Shown here piece after piece: positions 30,487 to 40,700 of a stretch of 64,000 bases of DNA. The notes beneath the pieces are model-generated. The model made no database searches and was not told the origin of the DNA. It was given only the letters and a program-made list of their open reading frames with translations. Made by a program: the position numbers and the translations under genes. Position 1 is the first letter of the stretch. The number at the start of each line of letters is the position of its first letter. This DNA comes from Smithellaceae bacterium (GTDB taxonomy: Bacteria; Desulfobacterota; Syntrophia; Syntrophales; Smithellaceae): the NCBI GenBank assembly GCA_963667845.2, contig CAXXVL010000002.1:512001-576000 (forward strand). The letters run 5' to 3'.

Positions 30487-30846
30487 TCAAGCGCTCTTGC
30501 CATCCGATTCAAGAAAAGCCTTCAGGACAAGGGCATCGTTGTGCTCCTCGTCCTTTGCGCCATAGACAAGCGTGACCGTCTCGGCCTTGGCATGCCGCAG
30601 GAGTTCATCGACGACGGATTTGTTTTCCTTGAGTTCACGGACGTAGCGCGCCGTGAACGTCCGCCATTTTGCGGGATCGTGGCCGAACCACTGCCGCAGC
30701 TCGGTACTGGGTGCTATTTCTTTGAGCCAGAGATCAATTCGGGCATCCCTCTTCGATAAGCCCCGCGGCCAAAGCCTGTCCACGAGAATCCGCAATCCAT
30801 CGTCCGGATCGGGCTTCGCATAGACCCGTTTCAATTTTATCCGCAT
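30487..30846 (-). CDS. DUF488 (YeaO-like) protein
   Basis: KRVY..DG.RILVDRLWPRG..K, APSTELRQWFGH. Confidence 0.9.
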   Translation of the reverse strand: MRIKLKRVYAKPDPDDGLRILVDRLWPRGLSKRDARIDLWLKEIAPSTELRQWFGHDPAKWRTFTARYVRELKENKSVVDELLRHAKAETVTLVYGAKDEEHNDALVLKAFLESDGKSA

Positions 30847-30879
30847 AGCTATACCTCCTCAACTTTCGCGGATGGATCC

Positions 30880-31314
30880 TCAAGTCGTTTCAGCGCATCG
30901 TTTTTCGAGTTCGGCCAGGCGTGCGCGCAGGTCGCGTTCTTCCTTCCAGCGCGCCGTTTCATCCCGGATGATTGCGGCAGCGGATTCGATGTTACCTTCC
31001 GTCGAATGCAAAAGGGCAATCGTAAAGGCGATGGAGAGCGGATGGCCGTCCTTGTGAACGGCAGGGACACGCAGCACCTCTGTTCCGTATCGCGTCTGGC
31101 CCGTCTGCATGACCCGTCGATATCCGCTCCAATGCCTTTCCCGAAATCGTTCCGGTACGATCAGGTTGAGTGACTGACCGATTGCCTCCTCCTCTTTAAA
31201 CCCGAAGATTCGCTGGGCCGCCGGATTCCATAGCAGAATCTTTCCGCGGGCGTCGGCTGCGATCACTGCGTCTCCTGTTTCCTTGATCAGCAAAGATAAA
31301 TCAATACCGTTCAT
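30880..31314 (-). CDS. Stand-alone PAS domain protein
   Basis: WNPAAQRIFG..EEAIGQSL.LIVP, HKDG, AIIRD. Confidence 0.88.
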   Translation of the reverse strand: MNGIDLSLLIKETGDAVIAADARGKILLWNPAAQRIFGFKEEEAIGQSLNLIVPERFRERHWSGYRRVMQTGQTRYGTEVLRVPAVHKDGHPLSIAFTIALLHSTEGNIESAAAIIRDETARWKEERDLRARLAELEKRCAETT

Positions 31315-31577
31315 AAAAGACCTTTCGCGGTGATGAGAACGGGAAAGATGCCAAAAAGCCGGATACGCGAAAATTTACCGGCTGCGGCGCGATCCGGCTG
31401 ATGGGGAAACGGCCGGAAACAAATAGATATCAAAAAAGGCAGAGCCCGGAATCGCCTTAGGAATCTGATTACTGATCTTCCGTTACGGGCATTTGTAAGC
31501 AGCGTAAGTCTTCAGCAAGCAGACACTTATCTAATTATAAATTAACAACGTTTGATTTCTAATCAAGGTGATGGCGT

Positions 31578-31781
31578 TCAGATTCGCTTTTTGACGACGA
31601 GTTCGGCAAAGTGCTCGAAGGATCGGTTGAAAGTTCTTTCGGCATCGGCCGGAAAAAAGCATGCCGGCAGTTGCCTTTTCGGAAGATGATAGGCGATGCA
31701 GTCGCAGCAGATGCCTTTGCGCTTACATGGCTCATACGTGCAGTTGCACTTTGTCAGGTTTTTTTCTTTTTTGCAGTCCAT
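31578..31781 (-). CDS. Small Cys-rich conserved protein (DUF6485-like)
   Basis: CNCTYEPC.RKGICCDCIAYH...LPACFF. Confidence 0.75.
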   Translation of the reverse strand: MDCKKEKNLTKCNCTYEPCKRKGICCDCIAYHLPKRQLPACFFPADAERTFNRSFEHFAELVVKKRI

Positions 31782-31912
31782 GGATTTGTTCCCGCAGTCT
31801 TTAACTCTCAAATAAATTTAACGAGCCTGTAGAAAGATTCCTTTTTTGCATACTGATCAATTTCCGGTCAGGTGCATTAATTTTTCCCGAATCTATCAAG
31901 TTGAATCTGCAC

Positions 31913-32362
31913 CTATGTCCCACGTTCATTATTATCTTTTAATTGGAGATTGCTGATTACATGGTCAGCTCGTTCATAATCATTTTCTTCGACTATGATT
32001 TGAATATTGTATGGTATGCCGGCTTCAACGAGAGCTTTGAACAATGGCTGAGCATCATCGGGATTATCGATGATGATCAGCGGGAGAGGATTGCTGAGCT
32101 GCGGAATCTTTTCTGCTGCCTCTTCATCATTTTCGTTCTCTTGTGCTTCTAACGCATCGATATCCGGGGGCTCTTCTTTAAGCCTTCTGTTTTTTGCTTC
32201 AGCTAAAATAAGGTCGTAAGCTTCTTCTTCAAAGCTATCACGTCCTAATCGAAGAAACTCCTTGATTACTTCATCTGATTGTTCCCTGTAGTACTTCATG
32301 AGATCCATTTTCTTTTCCATGTCCATGCTGTTATTCTCCAATAATAAGTTGTAAGCCAACAA
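31913..32362 (-). CDS. Hypothetical acidic protein
   Basis: ORF with plausible composition; start uncertain. Confidence 0.55.
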   Translation of the reverse strand: MLAYNLLLENNSMDMEKKMDLMKYYREQSDEVIKEFLRLGRDSFEEEAYDLILAEAKNRRLKEEPPDIDALEAQENENDEEAAEKIPQLSNPLPLIIIDNPDDAQPLFKALVEAGIPYNIQIIVEENDYERADHVISNLQLKDNNERGT

Positions 32363-32619
32363 TTAATATGACTGGTGGGTTTTCTCCGGAATGTTCGGCA
32401 CATCCTACCCCATTTAAGGGGGTATGCAAAGCGAAAAAAACATCATTAAATCAAAGATAATAATTCGCCGTCGGGCATTTCACGATCATAAGGATTAAAA
32501 AGCCTGATGCGGATATCAGGGAAAATTTGGCAGAAGCAAAGAAGAGATGGCTTTACTAATACTGTAGCCGGGGAACAGTAAGAACCGTTCCTCGGCTACC
32601 ATTTACTAATAGCCCACGC

Positions 32620-33306
32620 CTATTTCAGCACAATCAGCGCATCCACCACCACGGGTTTTGCGCCGTTGAGAATAACCGGATTGAGATCGATTTCCATCAC
32701 GCCGTCATAATCCAGACCGATCCGGCCGAGGTTGATGAGCATATGCGCAAGAAGCTTTTTGTCTGCCGCTTCCATGCCGCGGACGGCATCCAGGATTTTG
32801 TGACCCCGGATTTCCTGCATCATCTCCTGAGCGTCGCGAACTTCCAGGGGCGCGCGGCGAAAAGAAATGTCCTTCAGGATTTCCGTAAAAATCCCGCCGA
32901 GGCCGAACATGACGCAGGGGCCGAATTGCGGATCGCGCGTGAGGCCCATCACCAGCTCGCGGCGGCCTTTAATCATTTCCTGCAAAAGAACGCCGCCTTC
33001 AAACCCTTCCATACCGGCCATGATTTCGCGGAACGCCTTTTTCGCCTCCGTTACGGTGCGGATGTCCACGTGGATCAATCCCTTTTCCGTCTTGTGGGCG
33101 ATTTCCGCAGAGCAGCCTTTCATGACCAATGGAAAGCCGATTTTCTGGATGGCTTTTTCCAGATGGTCTTTATCCTTCACCAGGATTTCTTTCGTGATGG
33201 GCATCTCGTACGCGGCAAGGATCAGCTTGGCCTCATATTCCGAGAGCGTCTTGCGTCCCTGTTTCAGTGCCTTGTCGATGATCTTTGTCGCTTTATCGTT
33301 CTTCAT
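32620..33306 (-). CDS. ADP-forming acyl-CoA ligase, ATP-grasp (beta) subunit
   Basis: LSEYEAK, AHKTEKG, RDPQFGP.VMFGLGGIFTE, EIDLNP. Confidence 0.9.
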   Translation of the reverse strand: MKNDKATKIIDKALKQGRKTLSEYEAKLILAAYEMPITKEILVKDKDHLEKAIQKIGFPLVMKGCSAEIAHKTEKGLIHVDIRTVTEAKKAFREIMAGMEGFEGGVLLQEMIKGRRELVMGLTRDPQFGPCVMFGLGGIFTEILKDISFRRAPLEVRDAQEMMQEIRGHKILDAVRGMEAADKKLLAHMLINLGRIGLDYDGVMEIDLNPVILNGAKPVVVDALIVLK

Positions 33307-34805
33307 TTTATTTTTCCTCCATAGTAATGATTGATATGGGATATCGCCCGGATGGCGTCGTGCAGCTCGTCAAATACCGGGATGCCGCAGGCAATGTATT
33401 CCTGCCTCGTCAGGGCGATAAGTTCCGTAACATCCATGCTGTCCAGTTCTCTTTTCACGTTGGGCAGCACCGCGACGACCGGTTTGCCGGTCTCATCGAC
33501 GACATCGCGCATGCACTGCACCAACTCTCTATATGGTGCCACGTCTTTGACCGGTTTGTCAAACATTCTCGCGATTTGTTTGTAATGAAATAAAAGCGAA
33601 ACGATGATTTGCAGTTCAATCCGATCGTCCTTGGCCGCGCCCAGCATGGCTTCCTTGAGAATTTGCGCCGGGACAAAAGGATTGGCAACGTCAATCGGAT
33701 TGTTTGCGCTCGAGCCGGGCCGGGGAAGGATGGAGCCAATGCTTTCCCGAAGGTCTGGAGGAAAGGGCGGGACGTCGATGCCGTAAGTTTCCGCGGTGTC
33801 GCAGGCGGTCACGCCGATGGCGCCGCCGCCGCCGACGATGGATATGCCTCTATAGGATCGGGGCGGCAGCATGGAGAAGGCCATGCTGACTTGCGCCAGC
33901 TCTTCCGTGTCGTTTACCTGAACGGCGCCCGCCTGCTTCAGGATGGACTGCCAGATCACACGATTGCCGCCCATCGAGGCCGTATGACTGGCCACGCTTC
34001 TCGCACCGGCCTTGGAAAGTCCGCCTTTGAGAACAATGACCGGCTTTTTGGAAGCGGCGGCTTTCAATTCGCTGAAAAAATTTTCGCCATCCTTAATACC
34101 TTCAATATACATGGAGATGACCCTGGTTTCCGGATCACCGGCGAAGTAATGAAGAAGTTCCGCTTCGCGCAGGTCCGCGCCGTTGCCGAAACTGACCATC
34201 TTGCTGAAACGGATGCCCAGCCATTTTCCTGCGTGCGCGAGATCAATGGACATGCCGCCGCTTTGCGCGACAAAAGCCACCGGACCGCTTTCGCGGGAAA
34301 GATCCGGCCCCGGCAACAGCGTCAATCCACTGGCCGGACAGTAGATGCCGAAGCAGTTTGGGCCGACCACGCGTATTCCTCTGGCGGCAATTTCCTGAAT
34401 TCTCCGTTCCAGTTCTACTCCTTCTTCAGTTCCCAGTTCGCTGAAGCCGGAGGAGAGAATTTCCACCCCGGCCACGCCGATTTTCAGACAGGATTCCAGT
34501 GTATCCGGAACATATCGCGCGTTTACCGCGATGACGGCAAAGTCAACGGGCTCGGGGATATCTTCCACACTTTTGCAGATTTCCATCCCGGAAAGATTAC
34601 CGCCTTTGGGATTGACGGGAAAGATTTTTCCTTCAAAGCCCATCGCCGAGATGGACCGCAGCATCCCGGTACCGAAACCTACGCCGTTCTCTTCAGCCGA
34701 AACACCGATAATCGCAATACTTCGCGGATGAAAAATTCGTTCATAATCTGTTGCCGGGTAATCCGTTTTTTTGCGGCTTCCGGTTAACTGTTTATTATCT
34801 GTCAT
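33303..34805 (-). CDS. ADP-forming acyl-CoA ligase, CoA-binding (alpha) subunit
   Basis: PRSIAIIG, GPNCFG, QSGG, SFGNGADL, SHTASM phospho-His motif, NPID. Confidence 0.9.
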   Translation of the reverse strand: MTDNKQLTGSRKKTDYPATDYERIFHPRSIAIIGVSAEENGVGFGTGMLRSISAMGFEGKIFPVNPKGGNLSGMEICKSVEDIPEPVDFAVIAVNARYVPDTLESCLKIGVAGVEILSSGFSELGTEEGVELERRIQEIAARGIRVVGPNCFGIYCPASGLTLLPGPDLSRESGPVAFVAQSGGMSIDLAHAGKWLGIRFSKMVSFGNGADLREAELLHYFAGDPETRVISMYIEGIKDGENFFSELKAAASKKPVIVLKGGLSKAGARSVASHTASMGGNRVIWQSILKQAGAVQVNDTEELAQVSMAFSMLPPRSYRGISIVGGGGAIGVTACDTAETYGIDVPPFPPDLRESIGSILPRPGSSANNPIDVANPFVPAQILKEAMLGAAKDDRIELQIIVSLLFHYKQIARMFDKPVKDVAPYRELVQCMRDVVDETGKPVVAVLPNVKRELDSMDVTELIALTRQEYIACGIPVFDELHDAIRAISHINHYYGGKIK

Positions 34806-34860
34806 GATCAACCCTCCTGACTGCCGATTCATCTTGTATGCTAATCATATAATTCGCATT

Positions 34861-35280
34861 TTATTTACGCAAATCTTTCAGCATCCTGATCAAAAGCAGT
34901 CTTTCTTCGGTGCTGAACGCGGAAAGGACCTCCTGGTTCACATCCACGGTCTCCTTGAGAAATTTATCCCGGCACTGGCGTGACCTGTCCGTCAATTGGA
35001 TATTGAGGACACGCCGGTCTTCTTTTACGTTTTTGATTATCCAGCCACCTTCCGCCATACGGTCCAGAACGCCGGACAGCGTGGCACTGTCCAGACCCAG
35101 ACGCCTTCCCAGTTCACCGGCGGAGAGACCTTCCTCCTCATACAGAGCGTGCAGGACGAGACCCTGCATGGGCGTCATCCCATAAGATTGCAGACGAGAT
35201 TTAAACGTCCCGTAGACTTTCTGGTTGGCTTTGCTGAGGATAAATAAAATGACGTCCTGATAACTGACCAAAGAAAACAA
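34861..35280 (-). CDS. MarR family regulator
   Basis: MTPMQ..VL..L, LDSATLSGVLDRM, DRR. Confidence 0.88.
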   Translation of the reverse strand: MFSLVSYQDVILFILSKANQKVYGTFKSRLQSYGMTPMQGLVLHALYEEEGLSAGELGRRLGLDSATLSGVLDRMAEGGWIIKNVKEDRRVLNIQLTDRSRQCRDKFLKETVDVNQEVLSAFSTEERLLLIRMLKDLRK

Positions 35281-35371
35281 CCTTCCATATTATTTAGTAT
35301 GCAAGATAAATAAACGGACAGGCTAAGTCAAGAAAATTTTTGCATAACGAAAGGAACTGGCCGGAAATGGA

Positions 35372-35426
35372 TAACTCATTGATTTAATTGGCGAGCCCAG
35401 CAAAATTCAAACTTGTGACATCCAGA
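35372..35426 (-). repeat. Degenerate third copy of the tRNA-Arg 3' end (old attR)
   Basis: Minus strand tctggatgtcacaagtttgaattttgctgggctcgcca-attaaatcaatgagtta aligns to tRNA tctggatgtcggaagttcgaatcttcctgggcgcacca-aataaatcaaggggtta. Confidence 0.75.
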
Positions 35427-35846
35427 CTTGAACCGGCCACATCAAACGACTGATAGCATATGCAATAGCGAAGGGACGTTCACAGAGAAAAAATTAGGTG
35501 CCGTTTGGGTGCCGGTCCAGCCGCGATATATCGTTTATCTTAACAGTCTGGAATCTATGCACTGGCAAGGGCTGAGGGAAAAAGTTACTTCTGCAAACAG
35601 AAGTGATATTGGGAAAAGTAAGTATCACCCATGATTCCCGGTAGAATGACAGAGACCATGGGAAAAAGACTGCTGAATTTTCAGCGGCTGTTGGAGGGAC
35701 GATGCTCTCTTGATGGCAGGTGCGACTCCTCCTTCTTGAAAGCCACACTTGAAATATTAATCAAGATGTGCAAATTTTCGTATAGAAATGTGGACTCTGC
35801 TCAATCAATACGAGTCGAAATATCCTTGCTCTCAGGAGCTTAGACA

Positions 35847-36791
35847 ATGTCTGAATCGCTGCATTTCCTTATTCTGGAAGATAACGCCGCTGATGCCGAG
35901 CTGGTACGATTTGAACTGGCAGAAGCCGGATTCGTTTTCACCTCCAAAGTTGTGATGACTGAAGAAGATTTTATTCGTGAACTAAAAGAATCCTCACCCG
36001 ATATTATCCTTTCCGATTACAACCTTCCCAATTACAATGGCGAATTGGCCCTGGCCGAGGCGAAAAGACAATGTCCGGATGCTCCCTTCATCCTTGTGAC
36101 CGGTGCCATCGGAGAAGACCGTGCCATAGAAATCCTAACCAAGGGTGCGAAGGATTACGTCATGAAAAACCGCCTCAATAGGCTGGCTTCGGCGGTCCAA
36201 AGAACCATTGAGGAAGCCAGGGAGCGCAGAGCTCGCAGGGAGGCTGAAGAGAAAGTCATTGAGATGAATAAGAATCTGGAAATTAAAGTGATTGAAAGGA
36301 CAGCGTCCCTGCATGCAGAAATCGCCAAAAGGGCGATGATCGAAGAAGAACTGCGATTGAAGTCCGAGAAACTCGAGGAAACAAACGTGGCCTTGAAGGT
36401 CCTGCTTAAACAGGTCGAAGAAGGAAGAAAGGATTTTGAGACGCAAATCCTTTCTAATATCAAGGAGCTTGTTCTGCCTTACGTCGGCAGTCTGAAACGC
36501 CGTCTATCATCGCCTTCGGATGTTTCCACTTTGGAGGTCATCGAATCCAATCTGAACCAGATATCCTCCTCTTTCCTCCAAAACCTAAAGCTGTCGTATT
36601 ACAACCTCACGCCCAGGGAAATTGAGACGGCAACCCTTGTGCTGGAAGGGAAATCAATCAAACAGATCGCTGAATTGTTGAATATAACGACGAGAACTGT
36701 TGAATTTTACAGAAACAGTTTGAGAAAAAAATTTGATTTGCAGAATAAGAAAGTCAGTCTCCGCTCTCATTTAATGTCGCTTCAACAATAG
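35847..36791 (+). CDS. Response regulator with coiled coil and LuxR-type HTH
   Basis: LILEDN, ILSDYNLP, GAKDYVMK receiver; LTPREIE...IAELLNITTRTVEFYR. Confidence 0.9.
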   Translation: MSESLHFLILEDNAADAELVRFELAEAGFVFTSKVVMTEEDFIRELKESSPDIILSDYNLPNYNGELALAEAKRQCPDAPFILVTGAIGEDRAIEILTKGAKDYVMKNRLNRLASAVQRTIEEARERRARREAEEKVIEMNKNLEIKVIERTASLHAEIAKRAMIEEELRLKSEKLEETNVALKVLLKQVEEGRKDFETQILSNIKELVLPYVGSLKRRLSSPSDVSTLEVIESNLNQISSSFLQNLKLSYYNLTPREIETATLVLEGKSIKQIAELLNITTRTVEFYRNSLRKKFDLQNKKVSLRSHLMSLQQ

Positions 36792-36836
36792 GCAGAATTG
36801 TGTCGTACTATTTTCTCACCTCGGCATAATTGTTGA

Positions 36837-38537
36837 TCAGTTTGTGTTGTCCGAAAAAACGAAGCCCGAACTTTGTCCAATGTCTACATATCTATCCGCA
36901 CAATTTAGAATTTGATTTCCGGTCACGGCAACATCCTTTGCATACCATGCCTGGATAAAACGGCCGAGAGGCGGGGTCGACGTGCCTTGCCCGCAATCGA
37001 AGGTATTTCCGCTAATCAAACCCGTTGTTACCCCGTACAAACCGAGCAGGACGTCCCCATGGCCGGCGGAAATCTGAATTTTACTGTTCGTCAGTGAAAA
37101 ATCGAGAACATTGGTATAGCTTAACGGATTGTCTTTTCCAATAATGAGGCCTGACGAATGATCGGTCTTTGCGTTAAGCCCGCTCATGATTATCTTGGGG
37201 GCCGACAGCCAAAAAGCCCGGTAATTGGCCTGGAGTCCGGAATCGTCCGTGATGTTGATGTTGGATAGCGTGAGTTGCCCCTCAGCCATGATTTCAACAA
37301 TCGCATGCGTCCCTCCCAGGGTAGATTGAATGTCCTTGAATCGGTATAGACCAACACCATAATTCTGGTTTGCACGACGAATGTTCACATCCCTGACAGT
37401 CGGATTTACAGGCTTCGGTGCACCCCAGATGCTCTCATCCTTTCCCAGAATGGCGTTAGCCCACGTCCCGTCTATCTCGATATCATCGATGAGAATATTT
37501 CGGGAACCGCTGAACCCAATGCCCTTGGCACCGGCATTGTTTATGTGGATTCGTGAAATGATATTATTCTCCGCATAATCGTCAGGACCATAAGCGTCGG
37601 GGCCGTTACTGCCTGTCCAGATTGCATCATCCTTGGTATCCTCAACAAGAACGTCGGCAATTTTACTGTTGGACATGTAATAGGTCCAGATTCCCGTTCC
37701 GTAAACATTTTTTACCGTAGCGGAGGATATCGATATGTTTCTGCTACGCCCCACTGCAATTCCGTGTTGCTTCCCGCCCAGAACATGGACATTTTCAATC
37801 AAACCATTTTCAATCAATGTCTGTGTGCCTGCAATCTCGGACCAGCCAATGGAAATAGTGTTGTTGTTGTTGATCGGATTAAATTCCTGGAGAGCGGTGG
37901 GAAGAGTGACCCAAGTGACCGTGAAATCATGCAAAGCGAAGTTGCTTGCTCTCACCCAAACGACGGGAACGGTTTTGGTCACGGCGGAAATTGTGGTTGC
38001 GAGAACAGATGCAGATCCTTGACCTTCAATCGTGGTTCCGGGATTGTCCACGGCCAGGGATGTCAGCCTGTATGTTCCGGTGGACAGAATAACAACGCCC
38101 CCGCCCGTCAGGGAGTCGGCAGCAGCCTGAAGGGCCAAAGTATCGTCTGTCGTATCATCCACGATTGCCCCCCACCACTCAGGGCGTGCCTCCGTAAGTC
38201 CCGTTACAGAGCCGGAAATCATTACCCCTGGTTCAACTTTTAACGTGATGTTGGCAGGTTTTGCCCAGGAAGTCGCAAAAGTATAATTAGCAATTGCGCT
38301 CCCGTCAATGTGCGCCAAGACGATTATCGCCTTTTTGGTTTCCCCAATGGTGTCACACAGGCTCTTGACGGTCTTCGTCCCGGAAATGCCCTGATCCACT
38401 GCTTTCGAGTCAGCGTAATAGGACTCCAATGCTTCCATGCTGACGCCCGGTGAACCGCCGGAAGCCCCGCATGACGCTAGAGCCAAAATGATCAAAATCG
38501 GGATTATCAATGCTGTTAAAGGATGGTTGGTTTTCAT
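36837..38537 (-). CDS. Lipoprotein with right-handed beta-helix (pectate-lyase/tailspike-like)
   Basis: Lipobox LASC; PEWWGA..D.TTDDTLALQAA pectate_lyase_3-like start; repetitive beta-helix pattern. Confidence 0.7.
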   Translation of the reverse strand: MKTNHPLTALIIPILIILALASCGASGGSPGVSMEALESYYADSKAVDQGISGTKTVKSLCDTIGETKKAIIVLAHIDGSAIANYTFATSWAKPANITLKVEPGVMISGSVTGLTEARPEWWGAIVDDTTDDTLALQAAADSLTGGGVVILSTGTYRLTSLAVDNPGTTIEGQGSASVLATTISAVTKTVPVVWVRASNFALHDFTVTWVTLPTALQEFNPINNNNTISIGWSEIAGTQTLIENGLIENVHVLGGKQHGIAVGRSRNISISSATVKNVYGTGIWTYYMSNSKIADVLVEDTKDDAIWTGSNGPDAYGPDDYAENNIISRIHINNAGAKGIGFSGSRNILIDDIEIDGTWANAILGKDESIWGAPKPVNPTVRDVNIRRANQNYGVGLYRFKDIQSTLGGTHAIVEIMAEGQLTLSNINITDDSGLQANYRAFWLSAPKIIMSGLNAKTDHSSGLIIGKDNPLSYTNVLDFSLTNSKIQISAGHGDVLLGLYGVTTGLISGNTFDCGQGTSTPPLGRFIQAWYAKDVAVTGNQILNCADRYVDIGQSSGFVFSDNTN

Positions 38538-38935
38538 AGATGACTGATCGGCGCTTATCGGCTTTTAATAAAACCAATAAAATACGTATAAAATACTAGG
38601 CATATATTAGTACAAGGAAAAACAAGAAGGCAAAAAAGAAAAGAACCTATTGATTATTATGATGTCGGACGGGAAGACATTTTATTAAGAACAAAATCTG
38701 TTGGTGAAAAGGAGGAGCTCTGCAAAGACCGCTGCAGCATATGCTGTTAAAAGGTGGCTGGTCAAAATTTATCCATGTAGATAGTCTAGCTCTATTCAGG
38801 ATATCTGAATTTCACTCATGGATGAAAGACATAAAAGTTATGATGGTTCCGGCGATGCAACAATGAAGGGGAAAATGAATTCCTGATGCGAATTAAATTT
38901 CTTCAAAGTTACCCATCCATTACCCATCAAAGAAC

Positions 38936-39023
38936 AAGGAGCTAGCTACCCAAAGCTAACTCCTTGATTTAAATGGTGCGCCCAGGAAGATTCGAACTTC
39001 CGACATCCAGATTCGTAGTCTGG
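38936..39023 (-). repeat. attR of the tRNA-Arg system, inverted relative to the tRNA
   Basis: 38974-39023 is the exact reverse complement of 15631-15680 (50 bp); 38936-38973 matches 15681-15718 with 3 mismatches. Confidence 0.92.
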
Positions 39024-39122
39024 TTATATAGTGATAAGTTAACATCACTACAAATAATTTATCAAGTAAATTCAACCATAATATCCATTGACATTTCAGT
39101 CTATATTACTTAAAATCACCCA

Positions 39123-39144
39123 TCATGTTAGCTATAGGTTAGCA
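39123..39144 (-). repeat. Putative integrase arm-type site, copy 2
   Basis: tcatgttagctataggttagca = reverse complement of 15729-15750. Confidence 0.8.
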
Positions 39145-39167
39145 AATATATTTTTGAGGCAATAAGC

Positions 39168-40661
39168 ATGGGTATGCAGAAATCATCTAAACGAATTAAT
39201 ATCCCAAAATTTCAAGGGGTATATTACCGGGAATCATCCAAAAGAAGACATTTAGGTAAGCCTGATCGTTGTTTTGATATTTGTTATAGGGATTCAATCG
39301 GTAAGCTTATTTGGGAAAAAGTTGGATGGGCAGGTGAGGGTTATACTGCTGTTGCGGCTTCTCAGATTCGCTCAGAAAAAATTAGGAGTATTCGTCATGG
39401 GGAAATTCTTCCCAAAAAGAGACCTGAAGAAGTAACATTGGGCGAAGTGTGGACACGTTACAATGAATGGATAGAAACCGCCATAGTAGGCAAATATAAT
39501 GAACGTGGATATTACAAAAAACATATTGAGCCTGTTTTTTCGAATACATCACTTTCAAAAATTAGTGCATCTGATCTTGAGCGATTTAAAACAAAATTGA
39601 GCAATAAGAATTTAGCCCCAGCTACCGTTAAACATATTTTGGTAATCATTCGCCAGTTAGTAAACAAGGCAATCTTATGGGGATTGTGGACTGGGCAAAA
39701 TCCAGTATCGAAGGTAAAACTGCCAAAATTAAACAATAAAAGAGAAAGATTTCTCAGCTATGATGAGGCATTGGTTTTGCTCAAAGAATTAGAAAAGGTC
39801 AGTCCCCAATTAAGAGATATGGCACTATTGAGTCTCCATGCCGGCATGAGGGCTGGAGAAATATTCGCGCTTAAATGGGGACATTTGGATACGAAGAATA
39901 AACTCATTCATATTGCAGATCCCAAGAGCGGACGTGCAAGAAAGGCTTTTATGACGGCAACAATAAAAGGAATGTTCGAGGATATGAAAACCGGCAAGCC
40001 TGAAGATTTTATATTTGAATCCAGGAAAGGATCAAAAATTGAGTTGGTGAGTCACGCATTTGATCGCGCGGTAACACGACTAAGTAACTCATGTTACTTT
40101 TGGGCTGAGGAATTCAAAAACGAGATTTCACCTGAGCCGCTCCGCAAAATAATTGAAAATGATTATCCGGATATTTCCATCGGCAATGAAGAAAGCTCTC
40201 TTCGATGGTTGAATAAACTCATAGAACTACCGTCTTTCTATGATAAAATATTCAGGAAAGAGCGAAAACAACAGTTTTCCCAAGATATAAAGAATCTTAA
40301 TACAATAACCGTAAAATATCGGTTGAAGGATGAGAAGAATTTGGATAGTATTGAAAAAGATAATATCAGAAATCTCAACCGTTTATTGCTGGAAGCAATC
40401 TATCCAAGCAAAACACCAAAAATCCAATCAAGATTTAATAAGGGTGTCACAGATCCTCGCCAGAAGATCACATTTCACACCTTACGCCATACTTTTGCAA
40501 GTTGGCTCGCTTTGCAAGGCACTCCGATATTAACTATTAAAGAGCTTCTTGGACATCAAAGTTTGGCCATGACTGAACGATATAGTCACCTTAGTCCCGA
40601 TCAAAAGAAAGACGCTATAAATGGTATAGAAGCTATGTTTATAAAGAACATGGCGATCTAA
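39168..40661 (+). CDS. Tyrosine integrase (tRNA-targeting) with ~117-aa insertion in the catalytic domain
   Basis: GMRAGEIF, PKSGR, FHTLRHTFASWL, LLGHQSLAMTERYSHL; adjacent to attR. Confidence 0.93.
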   Translation: MGMQKSSKRINIPKFQGVYYRESSKRRHLGKPDRCFDICYRDSIGKLIWEKVGWAGEGYTAVAASQIRSEKIRSIRHGEILPKKRPEEVTLGEVWTRYNEWIETAIVGKYNERGYYKKHIEPVFSNTSLSKISASDLERFKTKLSNKNLAPATVKHILVIIRQLVNKAILWGLWTGQNPVSKVKLPKLNNKRERFLSYDEALVLLKELEKVSPQLRDMALLSLHAGMRAGEIFALKWGHLDTKNKLIHIADPKSGRARKAFMTATIKGMFEDMKTGKPEDFIFESRKGSKIELVSHAFDRAVTRLSNSCYFWAEEFKNEISPEPLRKIIENDYPDISIGNEESSLRWLNKLIELPSFYDKIFRKERKQQFSQDIKNLNTITVKYRLKDEKNLDSIEKDNIRNLNRLLLEAIYPSKTPKIQSRFNKGVTDPRQKITFHTLRHTFASWLALQGTPILTIKELLGHQSLAMTERYSHLSPDQKKDAINGIEAMFIKNMAI

Positions 40662-40700
40662 AGAGTTAGAAATTATTCTAAGATAGAAAAGGAAATCACC

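Larger units (their letters stand above)
35427..38935. mobile_element. Relic island previously integrated at tRNA-Arg (no integrase left)
   Basis: Bounded by two same-orientation tRNA-3' copies (35389-35426 and 38974-39023). Confidence 0.6.

Noticed and set aside
38974..39023. Second tRNA-Arg gene
   Set aside because: Lacks the 5' acceptor strand and D arm; it is an att copy.
40083..40433. Intein in the integrase
   Set aside because: No C-terminal HN/N followed by C/S/T and no recognisable splicing or LAGLIDADG blocks.
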